DNA of 14,765 nt, from positions 1-14,765 of the forward strand of contig JAWODM010000047.1 in the NCBI GenBank assembly GCA_046483305.1, read 5' to 3'. A program made the position numbers and the translations under genes. The notes under the pieces were generated by a model, which did no database searches, was not told the origin of the DNA, and saw only the letters and a program-made list of their open reading frames with translations. This stretch comes from Candidatus Krumholzibacteriales bacterium (GTDB lineage Bacteria; Krumholzibacteriota; Krumholzibacteriia; Krumholzibacteriales; WJIX01). Of this stretch, positions 1 through 7,778 are shown piece by piece. The number at the start of each line of letters is the position of its first letter. Within the stretch, counting starts at the first letter, position 1.

Positions 1-107
1 TTAAAGACCAAATGTCAAGTGAAAGTTATGGTTTAGGCAGTTTCCGTCTTTGATTTATTTGCCAGAATAAGATAACAATAATTATTAAAGCAAATAGTAC
101 TCGATAT
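1..107. mobile_element. Possible edge of an integrated element/genomic island (AT-rich DNA abutting a truncated tRNA 5' end)
   Basis: Bases 1-100 contain 29 G+C (hand count), well below the adjacent coding DNA. The AT-rich stretch begins where the tRNA-like 15-mer stops. A minus-strand TTGACA at 13-18 points out of the window. No integrase is visible in the window. Confidence 0.3.
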
Positions 108-122
108 CTGAGCTAATCGCCC
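108..122 (-). pseudogene. 5' fragment of a tRNA gene (tRNA-Val-like), truncated in the D-loop
   Basis: Minus strand reads T-GGGCGATTAGCTCAG: acceptor 5' strand GGGCGAT, U8 A9, D-stem GCTC, A14 G15, with U at -1. The following sequence has no D-loop GG, no proper anticodon arm, no TTC T-loop and no ATCGCCC acceptor 3' strand. Confidence 0.6.
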
Positions 123-138
123 ACTGAGGCAGGATATC

Positions 139-297
139 TCATAGAAGCGCGACCGGAACCAGTACGCAGTATCCCATCACCAGAAGCACCGGAGCGAGAG
201 ACTCCGACCCCTGGGCCAGGAATAGGTAACCGGCCACTATCGACAGAAGCCCGGCGATCATAATGTACTTTTTATTCTTTCTGATTATATTAATCAT
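139..297 (-). CDS. Small two-TM membrane protein, DUF3098-like (52 aa; not in the ORF track)
   Basis: Hand translation: MINIIRKNKKYIMIAGLLSIVAGYLFLAQGSESLAPVLLVMGYCVLVPVALL*. Basic N-terminus and two hydrophobic segments with the GY..LA.GS..LAP.LLV.GY pattern. Purine-rich CAGGAAAAGG precedes the ATG and a promoter-like site lies upstream. Confidence 0.8.
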   Translation of the reverse strand: MINIIRKNKKYIMIAGLLSIVAGYLFLAQGSESLAPVLLVMGYCVLVPVALL

Positions 298-366
298 CCT
301 TTTCCTGTTCGCTTATTCCGTAAACCGCCGGATACGCGGAATTCTCCGCCTGCTTCCACTCTATAA

Positions 367-394
367 ATGATATTCAGTTGCCGGCTAAAGTCAA
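367..394 (-). promoter_or_regulatory. Putative sigma70-type promoter for the small gene and tRNA locus
   Basis: Minus strand TTGACT (394-389), 16-nt spacer, TATCAT (372-367). Confidence 0.55.
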
Positions 395-420
395 GAAATC
401 ATTGTCCGGCCCGGCGCCTT

Positions 421-1230
421 TCATCTGTCCATGCTCCCCCTGTTGTAGCCCTCCATGTCGGCGGTAACGTATAAAAATCCTATCTCGGTCAACTTCCTGT
501 CTATACTGTCCCGGGTCTCCGGATCGAGAAGGTCGGGGATCTTCTCGGGGGCAACCTCAATTCTGGCCAGACTGCCGTGATGCCTGACCCGGCAGAGCCC
601 GAAACCGAGAGATCTCATGAAATCCTCCGCCTCCTCCACCATCTGCAGCTTCTCCCTGGTAATCCTATCCCCTGTTCTTATCCTGGTGGCAAGGCAGGTA
701 TTGTCAGGGCTGTCCCAGGTGGGGAGATTAATCCGCCTGGAGAGTTCCCTTATCTCCCGCTTGCGCAGCCCCGCTTCTGCCAGGGGGCTGGCAACCCCCA
801 GTTCTTCTATCGCCTTAAGTCCCGGCCTGTGCTCGCCCGGGTCGTCGGCATTGGACCCTTCCATCACAGTTTCCATACCATGCTGATGAGCAAAACTTAT
901 AATTTTCCTGAACAGATTCAGCTTGCAGAAGTAGCACCGGTCAGGCGGGTTTGCGGCAAAATTCTCTATGTCGATAAACGGCACATATATTATTTCATGG
1001 TCCGCCCCTATTTGTTCGGCAACCCTGCTGGCCGCGTCCACTTCGCTCTGGGCGATGAAATCGGCGTTGACCGTGACAGCGAGAACCTGCTCTGCCGCAT
1101 CCATGGCGGCGGCCAGGAGGAACGAGGAATCGGTGCCCCCGCTGAACGCCACCGCCACCCTGTCGCCGTACCCGCTAATTATCTGTTTTAATTTTTCATG
1201 TTTTGCGCTGAGCCTGTCCCGTCTATTCAT
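421..1230 (-). CDS. larE: LarE-family ATP-dependent sulfur transferase (PP-loop)
   Basis: PP-loop AFSGGTDS, NPPDRCYFCK, GSNADD..RPG, CLATRI, RVRHHG..ARIEV and GYNRGSM are all typical LarE motifs. Confidence 0.92.
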   Translation of the reverse strand: MNRRDRLSAKHEKLKQIISGYGDRVAVAFSGGTDSSFLLAAAMDAAEQVLAVTVNADFIAQSEVDAASRVAEQIGADHEIIYVPFIDIENFAANPPDRCYFCKLNLFRKIISFAHQHGMETVMEGSNADDPGEHRPGLKAIEELGVASPLAEAGLRKREIRELSRRINLPTWDSPDNTCLATRIRTGDRITREKLQMVEEAEDFMRSLGFGLCRVRHHGSLARIEVAPEKIPDLLDPETRDSIDRKLTEIGFLYVTADMEGYNRGSMDR

Positions 1231-2233
1231 CTCTGGTTATTTCCTCCCCGTTCTTTATTCGCTTCCTGGCCCGGTTATGCTGCTTGAGAGTCCTGCTGAA
1301 AATATGTCCGCCGGAGCCGTCAGCCACAAAATAGTAGGCATCGAACCCGGTCTCCGGCCTGACCGCGGCCGAGAGAGCTTTTCTGCCGGGGCTGCATATC
1401 GGCCCCGGGGGAAGCCCCCGGTACCTGTAAGTATTGTAAGGCGAACCCACTCTGAGGTCCTTATACCACAGCTTCCTTCTTATACCCCCCAGCGCGTAGG
1501 CTACCGTGGGATCTGCCTCCAGCCTCATTCCCTTATTGAGGCGGTTGTGATATACAGCGGATATCTTGCGCATCTCCCCCTCATACCCCGCCTCCGCCTG
1601 AATGATTGAGGCCAGGGTAACTACTTCCCGCCGGCTCATCCGGGCGGAATCGGCCGCATCCGCTGCTTCCTGCGCATATACATCGCCGAAACGCCGCACC
1701 ATCCGCAGTATCAGCCCGCGCGGGTTGAAAGGCCAGGTTACCAGGTAAGTATCCGGAAACAGGTATCCTTCCAGGGTCTCGCCCCGGAACCCCAGACTGT
1801 CTATCAGTCCGCTGTCCGAGGCCAGTTCCACGAACTTGACTGAATCTATCCCCGTTTTCAGGGCCGCAACGGACGCGATCTCGGTGAGCATCAACCCTTC
1901 CGGAATAACCACTCTTCTGTAATCTACAGCCCCTGAGGTAAGTTTCTCGAGAATCGCCGAGACGCTCTCGCTCCCGTCAAACCTGTACTCGCCAACCTTT
2001 ATTTTGCCCTCCCTGCCCATCAGGAATGCGGACCATCTGAAAACGGCCGGATGATCCAGCAGCCCCCTGCTCTCCAGCTGCCCCTGGATATCGGCAAATG
2101 AATCGCCCGGGCTTACTCTTACCAGCACGCTCCTGTCCGCTGTTCCACTTTCATAATAGAGAAGGGCGATGTAGATAGAGAACAGGATCAGCAGGGAGAT
2201 AGCTGAAATCAAGACCGCCTTGTAACTTTTCAT
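1223..2233 (-). CDS. mltG: Endolytic transglycosylase MltG (YceG family)
   Basis: N-terminal TM helix, VVIPEG, LEGYLFPDTY, LASIIQAE (catalytic Glu kept), RLEADPTVAY, SPYNTY..GLPPGPICSPG. Overlaps ruvX (ATGA) and larE. Confidence 0.95.
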   Translation of the reverse strand: MKSYKAVLISAISLLILFSIYIALLYYESGTADRSVLVRVSPGDSFADIQGQLESRGLLDHPAVFRWSAFLMGREGKIKVGEYRFDGSESVSAILEKLTSGAVDYRRVVIPEGLMLTEIASVAALKTGIDSVKFVELASDSGLIDSLGFRGETLEGYLFPDTYLVTWPFNPRGLILRMVRRFGDVYAQEAADAADSARMSRREVVTLASIIQAEAGYEGEMRKISAVYHNRLNKGMRLEADPTVAYALGGIRRKLWYKDLRVGSPYNTYRYRGLPPGPICSPGRKALSAAVRPETGFDAYYFVADGSGGHIFSRTLKQHNRARKRIKNGEEITRDE

Positions 2234-2667
2234 TGCTCTTCTCCGTCCAGAAAGCCCTGCAGAATAAGAACCGCCGCCAGTTTGTCCACATTCTCTTTCT
2301 TCTTTATCCTTCCCGCCTTCTTCAGAACCCTCTCCGATTCCAGGCTGGTCATCCTCTCATCGGAAAGAACCACCCTGACATCCCTTTTCTCCTCCAGGCC
2401 CTTTTTCAGCAGGCGGGACCTGCGTGAAGGTTCGATCTCCCTGCCTCCCATCGAAAGCGGCATTCCTATTACCACCGTTTCCACATCATAGCTGTCTATC
2501 AGCTTGCTGATATGATCGATTATCTTCTGCTGATTCTTTTCCACCAGAGTCTCCAGGCCCTGAGCGGTTATCCCCAGAGGATCGCTCACCGCCAGCCCGG
2601 TCCTGCTGCCCCCGGGGTCCACCCCCAGCACTCTTTTTTTTCGCCTCTTCTCCGGCTGGTCGCTCAT
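2230..2667 (-). CDS. ruvX: Holliday junction resolvase-like / pre-16S rRNA nuclease RuvX (YqgF)
   Basis: VLGVDPGGSRTGLAVSD, VVIGMP, DERMTS and VDKLAAVLILQGFLD motifs. Confidence 0.93.
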   Translation of the reverse strand: MSDQPEKRRKKRVLGVDPGGSRTGLAVSDPLGITAQGLETLVEKNQQKIIDHISKLIDSYDVETVVIGMPLSMGGREIEPSRRSRLLKKGLEEKRDVRVVLSDERMTSLESERVLKKAGRIKKKENVDKLAAVLILQGFLDGEEQ

Positions 2668-2671
2668 AAAA

Positions 2672-4936
2672 CTACTCTATTCTTCTTATTACCATGATGG
2701 TCATATCGTCGCGGGCAGTCCCGGCGGCCGAAAACCGGGCCACATCGCGGGCAATGGCATCTCTGACATATCTGGCAGATTTCCCGGCCATCCCGGAAAG
2801 GAACCGGTGGAGTTTTTCCTCTCCGTAGAACTCGCCTTTCTGATTCTCTGCTTCTGTTACCCCGTCGGTGGTAATCACCAGCATATCGCCCGGTTTCATC
2901 TTCAGCTTGAGGTTCCTGTACCTGAAATCTCTCTTAACCCCCAGTACCAGGCCGCTGTAATCCAGCTGCCGGACCTCTCCGCCGGCCTCCACTACAACCG
3001 GAAAGAAGTGCCCCGCGTTACTGTATTCCAGCCTGTCTCTTCTGAGATGTATACAACCGTAAAACAGGGTGGCGAATTTATCGATAGCCATGATATCGCA
3101 CATAACGTCATTGAGGCCCTCCAGTATGGAAACAGGTTTATTCTTCCTGTCCTTCATCGACCTCAGGCTGGCCTGAAGGGAAGCCATCAGCAGCGAAGCT
3201 GGAACACCCTTTCCCGCCACGTCGGCGACCACAAAAGCGAACACCTCGTCATCCACCAGGTAGTCGAAATAGTCTCCCCCTACCTGCTTGCTGGGCACGC
3301 TGACCGAGGAAACTTCGTACCTGTCCAGATCGGGGGGCTCCGATGGAAGCAGATTCTCCTGAATCTCGCGAGCCAGATTGAGTTCTTCTTCAATTACCTT
3401 CTTTTCAACCACTTCCTCGAGAAGCTCTATTCTGGACAGAGCCGAAGCTATCTGGCTGGAAAGCATGGAAAGAAGGGTAATCTCTTCACCCGAATATTTT
3501 CCTCTCTCCTCATGGACCCCCAGCAGAATCAGGGCGGAACATTTATCTTCTCTTATCACCGGCACAATAAGTTCATAGGACGCGATACGCCTCAGTCCGG
3601 GAGGTATACCGGAGAGAACCTTTTCCACATCGGCTTCCGAAGGCCTCAGCAGGGTCCATCCCCGGGGACGCTTAAAACCCATGGCCTCGATAAAATCGAG
3701 CTTTTTAATCGGATCCCCTCTGGATGAAAAGATTTTTTCCATTCTGTCCATATACTCTTCTTCCAGGAAGGATCTGATCTCCGCCTTCAGAAGTATCCTG
3801 GGGTTTGACGCTTCGAAAAGCTCTGAAAGCACTTCCCGGACAGCCTCCTTCATGTCCTCTATGGTCAGGGTGGAAAGCAGCCGGTCGCCCAGTCTCTTGA
3901 GCCTCTCCCTGGGGTTCTTGCCCTCTCCGATGGTCAGGCTTTCAATCCAGTGCTCAATCCTGACCATCACCGGCTGAAAGAAAACTATGAATACCACTAT
4001 CAGCCCGGTTTCCATAATAGTTTCGCTGATATCGGAAAATCCTCCTATGTAGGATACCAGGCTCTTGATGCCGATAAGCGATATGGTGGCGATCACCGCG
4101 GAAATGGCGGCGTAGAACATCCCTTTCCGCGCTATCATCTTAATATCCAGGAACCGGTATCTTACAATGGAGTAAGCTATGGTCCCCCCTCCGATAATGA
4201 GAGACGCATTTATGAAGACTGCCGGCAGGTGCGATCCGGGCGGCACCCCTCTGAACATCGGTATCAGTTTGGCGAGCGAGTAGGTCGCCACACAGACCAC
4301 CAGGCCCATGATTACCAGGGTGGCCTGCCGCTTTGCCCTGGGAGTAAACTCGAAACTCCTCGACCTGGTCAGCAGAAGCATCGAAACGGCGGCGTATGAT
4401 ATGTTAACCACTGAGAAGAAAGACATATGCGCCTTGAACAGGAGCGTCATCATGGTGTTCATGAACCAGGCCACATGATCCATGACAGACTTCAAAAACT
4501 GAGGGAGGAAAGAAATATTTTCCATGAATGCGAATGAGCTTGATGGGTCCACTCTGTCCAGAAGGAATATTACCAGCACCAGGTGGAATATATGCGGGAG
4601 AAAAAGGATAAAAGCGATCTTTCTTATGTACTTCCAGGCGGTATGCTCAACCGGGTAGACAAAAGCGAAAAGAAGAAGGGAAGGGAAAAAAAACTCCCAG
4701 GTGAAGTCGAAACTGTCAATCAGGTTTCTGAACAGGTAAGTCCCCTCGGTAAGATTTCTCCTCAGGATTACTCCCAGCGCCCCCAGAAGGGGCCCCAGCC
4801 CGGCGAAAAGCAGAACCAGTATGGTCGACCACCCGACGATGTCCCTGTTCGAATATCGGAGTATGTTAACGGCGGCAAAGAACAGAACCGCGCCGCAGAT
4901 AAAATAGAAAGTCGCCAGAAATGATGTATAGTCCAT
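2672..4936 (-). CDS. Multi-TM sensor + GAF-like + SpoIIE/RsbU-type PP2C Ser phosphatase
   Basis: About 330-aa hydrophobic multi-TM N-terminus, a GAF-like middle (ELIVPV...LILLG...YSGEEITLL), EEELNLAREIQENLLP, then VGGDYFD, VADVAGKGVPASLLM, NAGH, TDGVTEA and DDMT PP2C motifs. Confidence 0.9.
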   Translation of the reverse strand: MDYTSFLATFYFICGAVLFFAAVNILRYSNRDIVGWSTILVLLFAGLGPLLGALGVILRRNLTEGTYLFRNLIDSFDFTWEFFFPSLLLFAFVYPVEHTAWKYIRKIAFILFLPHIFHLVLVIFLLDRVDPSSSFAFMENISFLPQFLKSVMDHVAWFMNTMMTLLFKAHMSFFSVVNISYAAVSMLLLTRSRSFEFTPRAKRQATLVIMGLVVCVATYSLAKLIPMFRGVPPGSHLPAVFINASLIIGGGTIAYSIVRYRFLDIKMIARKGMFYAAISAVIATISLIGIKSLVSYIGGFSDISETIMETGLIVVFIVFFQPVMVRIEHWIESLTIGEGKNPRERLKRLGDRLLSTLTIEDMKEAVREVLSELFEASNPRILLKAEIRSFLEEEYMDRMEKIFSSRGDPIKKLDFIEAMGFKRPRGWTLLRPSEADVEKVLSGIPPGLRRIASYELIVPVIREDKCSALILLGVHEERGKYSGEEITLLSMLSSQIASALSRIELLEEVVEKKVIEEELNLAREIQENLLPSEPPDLDRYEVSSVSVPSKQVGGDYFDYLVDDEVFAFVVADVAGKGVPASLLMASLQASLRSMKDRKNKPVSILEGLNDVMCDIMAIDKFATLFYGCIHLRRDRLEYSNAGHFFPVVVEAGGEVRQLDYSGLVLGVKRDFRYRNLKLKMKPGDMLVITTDGVTEAENQKGEFYGEEKLHRFLSGMAGKSARYVRDAIARDVARFSAAGTARDDMTIMVIRRIE

Positions 4937-5081
4937 CTCGTAACCCCGGAAACCTGTCCCATGAATATTTGCTGCTGCGATATTTTAAGTTTGTATTCTT
5001 TAAGGTGCTAACAAAATAGCGGCAAGTTCGTTCCACGTTCGCCGCCGTTTTTCCAGGACCACCTTCTGTGCCGGAAATACG

Positions 5082-5501
5082 CTATTCGGAAATATGTTTT
5101 TCCAGAGTAACTTTCATTCCTTCATTTTCGGTAAAATCGAATGAAAGCCCGTCCATCATCTCTTTCATGATAAAGATCCCCCTGCCTCGAATGTGCTCGA
5201 TATTGCCGGGGTCCGGTATATTCTTCATATATTCCTGATAATCGAATCCCTCGCCGCAATCACAGACCTCCACCACAAACTTTTCTGAATTCCACCTGAA
5301 GATTACTTTTACGTTGCGGCGGGGATTTGACTTATTCCCGTGCTCCAGGGCGTTGGTACAGGCTTCTATCACTGAAACCGCTATCTCGGTAGCGGTTTTC
5401 TGGTCAAGGTCTATATCTCTGATTATCCCGTTGCACAGAACATCAACAAGGTTGAGATATTTATACTCGCTGGGGAATTCCAGAGATATTTGTTCGGCCA
5501 C
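5082..5501 (-). CDS. RsbW/SpoIIAB-like anti-sigma factor Ser kinase (HATPase_c_2)
   Basis: EACTNALEHGN (N box), D.GEGFD and GRGIFIMKEMMD. GTG at 5501 is preferred over the track's TTG at 5507 because GGGAGG lies 6 nt upstream of it. Confidence 0.88.
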   Translation of the reverse strand: MAEQISLEFPSEYKYLNLVDVLCNGIIRDIDLDQKTATEIAVSVIEACTNALEHGNKSNPRRNVKVIFRWNSEKFVVEVCDCGEGFDYQEYMKNIPDPGNIEHIRGRGIFIMKEMMDGLSFDFTENEGMKVTLEKHISE

Positions 5502-5526
5502 CAACAACCTCCCGGTTAATTAGATC

Positions 5527-5865
5527 TCAGGAGTAACTTCCTACAGCTTCATCTTCATCCTCGTAACATTCAAATATCAGGTTCAGCTTGGTCACATAAA
5601 GAATGCTCTTGATCTTCTCCGAGACATTGAGCAGTTTCAGGTCCCCGTTTTTCTTCCTCATGGTGGTATACCCGGTTATCAGTATACCTACCCCTGAACT
5701 GTTTATCCAGGTCACCTTCGAGAGGTTCACGATAATCCTCTTTCTGTCCTCTTCCAGCAGGCCATAGATGCAGTCCTTGAATACCTCCGCATCAGTTCCG
5801 CCCATAACTTTCCCCGAAAGGTCTATAATGGTTACCCCGTCCTGTTCCCTGATCCTGTATTTCAA
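5527..5865 (-). CDS. STAS-domain anti-sigma factor antagonist (RsbV/SpoIIAA-like)
   Basis: 112 aa with IIVNLSKVTWINSSGVGIL (phospho-acceptor Ser motif) and GDLKLLNV. TTG start overlaps the rluD stop (TTGA), with a GGAGG RBS. Confidence 0.92.
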   Translation of the reverse strand: MKYRIREQDGVTIIDLSGKVMGGTDAEVFKDCIYGLLEEDRKRIIVNLSKVTWINSSGVGILITGYTTMRKKNGDLKLLNVSEKIKSILYVTKLNLIFECYEDEDEAVGSYS

Positions 5866-6869
5866 TCTTTTCCTCCGATTATCGCGAGTACCTCCCTGAA
5901 GTCTTCGGGCAGGGGCGCCGAAAAAACCATTTCTCGTTTTTTGACCGGATGAACAAAGGCAAGCCGGGCGGCGTGAAGGGCCTGCCTGTCTATTACCGAC
6001 AGGGCCTTCTCCGCCAACCTTATTTCATCGGGGGAAAGGCTCCCCTTCCTTATTTTCCTTCCTCCGTATTCGGGATCTCCGAGTACGAAACGCCCCGCAT
6101 ACGAAAAATGAACCCTTATCTGATGGGTCCTGCCCGTTCCAAGTCTTACCTTAATATACTGAAAAGGAGGAAATGTGTCTATAACATTATAATATGTTAC
6201 CGCCTCCCTGCCCCCCGATTCCAGAACCGTCATCTTCTTGCGGTTGGAGGGAGACCTTCCTATGGGGGCGCTGATAGTTCCTTCGCTACGCTTCATCCGG
6301 CCCCAGACAATGGTCCTGTACTCCCGCTTGACTTTTCTCTTCATCAGCTGGCCGCTCAGCCCGATGTGAGCCCTGTCATTCTTCGCCACCACCAGAAGGC
6401 CCGAAGTGTCCTTGTCCAGGCGGTGGACTATACCGGGGCGGATCTCGCCTCCGATGCCGGAAAGGTCCCCGCAGTGATACAGAAGAGCGTTTACCAGGGT
6501 GCCGCTGGTATTTCCGGGGGCGGGATGGACTACCAGCCCCGCCTGTTTGTTGACCACCAGCAGATCCCTGTCTTCGTATATTACATCGATATCGATCTTC
6601 TCGGGGACCGCCCTGATCGGAGTGGGAGGGGAGATTTCAACCGTGATCTTCTGCTCCTCTTTGAGTATCATCGCCGGTTTGGAGGCCGGGATTCCGTCCA
6701 CTTTCACATCACCCGCGTTTATCGCTTTCTGAATTCTGGTCCTGGAGAAGCCCGGGATTCTGTCGCTCAGGTATCTGTCTATACGTTCTCCGGCATCCTC
6801 TTCATCTGCTATGAATTCATATCTTTTTCTGTCGTTCACACTTACTCCGAAAGCCGGGAGACGGCGCAT
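5862..6869 (-). CDS. rluD: RluD/RluA-family 23S rRNA pseudouridine synthase with S4 domain
   Basis: S4 domain (RIDRYLS..FSRTRIQKAI), VNKQAGLVVHP, HRLDKDTSG (catalytic Asp), TGRTHQIRVH, RQALHA. Confidence 0.93.
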   Translation of the reverse strand: MRRLPAFGVSVNDRKRYEFIADEEDAGERIDRYLSDRIPGFSRTRIQKAINAGDVKVDGIPASKPAMILKEEQKITVEISPPTPIRAVPEKIDIDVIYEDRDLLVVNKQAGLVVHPAPGNTSGTLVNALLYHCGDLSGIGGEIRPGIVHRLDKDTSGLLVVAKNDRAHIGLSGQLMKRKVKREYRTIVWGRMKRSEGTISAPIGRSPSNRKKMTVLESGGREAVTYYNVIDTFPPFQYIKVRLGTGRTHQIRVHFSYAGRFVLGDPEYGGRKIRKGSLSPDEIRLAEKALSVIDRQALHAARLAFVHPVKKREMVFSAPLPEDFREVLAIIGGKD

Positions 6870-7351
6870 CAGGTCCGGGAAGACCTGTTATATTCTTCCC
6901 CGCTCTCCTCCGAATTGAAAATGAAGCCGCCGATGAGGATCACCGCTCCAACGGTTACCGCGATATCGGCAACGTTGTAGGTTGGCCAGCGGTAACCCCC
7001 CACCCCCATATCAATAAAATCTATAACGTTCCCGGACGCTACCCTGTCTACCAGGTTCCCGAACGCGCCCCCCAGAATCAATCCCAGAGAAGCCCTCTTC
7101 AGAACCGGGGCATACCTCATCCGGTAGGCAAAATATATCAGAGCGATTATCGAAATGAATGTCATGGCCAGAAGCACCGGCCTGGAGTTGGAGAGAAATC
7201 CGAGTATGGCTCCGGGATTGAAGCTCAACCTGAGCCTGAGAAAGGATCCGATCAATTCCCTTGTCTCGCCCTGAGATAACGTGTTCAGGATTATTCTCTT
7301 GGAAACTTGATCAAGAATAACAACCAGCGCGGCAATGGTAAAATAAAGCAT
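6869..7351 (-). CDS. lspA: Lipoprotein signal peptidase II
   Basis: LDQVSK, NPGA, GGAFGNLVDR, VIDFID and WPTYNVADIA motifs. Confidence 0.95.
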   Translation of the reverse strand: MLYFTIAALVVILDQVSKRIILNTLSQGETRELIGSFLRLRLSFNPGAILGFLSNSRPVLLAMTFISIIALIYFAYRMRYAPVLKRASLGLILGGAFGNLVDRVASGNVIDFIDMGVGGYRWPTYNVADIAVTVGAVILIGGFIFNSEESGEEYNRSSRT

Positions 7352-7354
7352 CTG

Positions 7355-7753
7355 TTAACCCCGCTGGTTCTTCTCCTGGTCCGTTTTGCATACGATGCAC
7401 ATGCGGGCTGCGGGAACCACGTTCAGGCGCTTCTTGGGGATGAGCTCTCCGCAGGACTCGCACTTTCCGTATATGCCCCTCTCTATCCTCTCCAGAGCCT
7501 GGTCCAGAGCTTTCAGGTAATCGCCCTCCTGGCTGGCGTAGAGATAAAGCTTCTCCCGCTCCATCCCGTCAGTGCCGGTGTCGGCCAGATGGCTGGCGTA
7601 ATTCGAACCGCTGCCCCCCGTATCTGTCGAGTTCTTTATCTCGCTATTTATACGGCCGATTTCCCCTATTATCCGCTCCCGCTCCGCCATTATCAATTCC
7701 CTGAATTTCTTCAGTTCCTGTTTGTTGTATTTCCATTTCTTTCTGGCTGTCAT
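7355..7753 (-). CDS. TraR/DksA-family C4 zinc-finger protein
   Basis: Coiled coil with HLADTGTD at its tip, ALERIERGIYGKCESCGELI..RL..VP...CIVC. ATG at 7753 follows an AAGGAGAG RBS (track start is TTG at 7774). Confidence 0.9.
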   Translation of the reverse strand: MTARKKWKYNKQELKKFRELIMAERERIIGEIGRINSEIKNSTDTGGSGSNYASHLADTGTDGMEREKLYLYASQEGDYLKALDQALERIERGIYGKCESCGELIPKKRLNVVPAARMCIVCKTDQEKNQRG

Positions 7754-7778
7754 AATCAGACTCTCCTTCAGCAATCTC

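Noticed and set aside
56..96. TATTTGC...GCAAATA inverted repeat as a transposon end or terminator
   Set aside because: Only 7 bp in AT-rich DNA, which is compatible with chance.
40..122. A complete or intron-containing tRNA gene
   Set aside because: A weak D-stem (GCTC/GAGT) can be drawn, but there is no D-loop GG, no 5-bp/7-nt anticodon arm, no TTC T-loop and no acceptor 3' strand within the window. There is also no GTGCG group II intron 5' end.
5019..5046. GCGGC...GCCGC hairpin between the kinase and phosphatase genes as a terminator
   Set aside because: The stem is short with a large, poorly paired loop, which is too weak to call.
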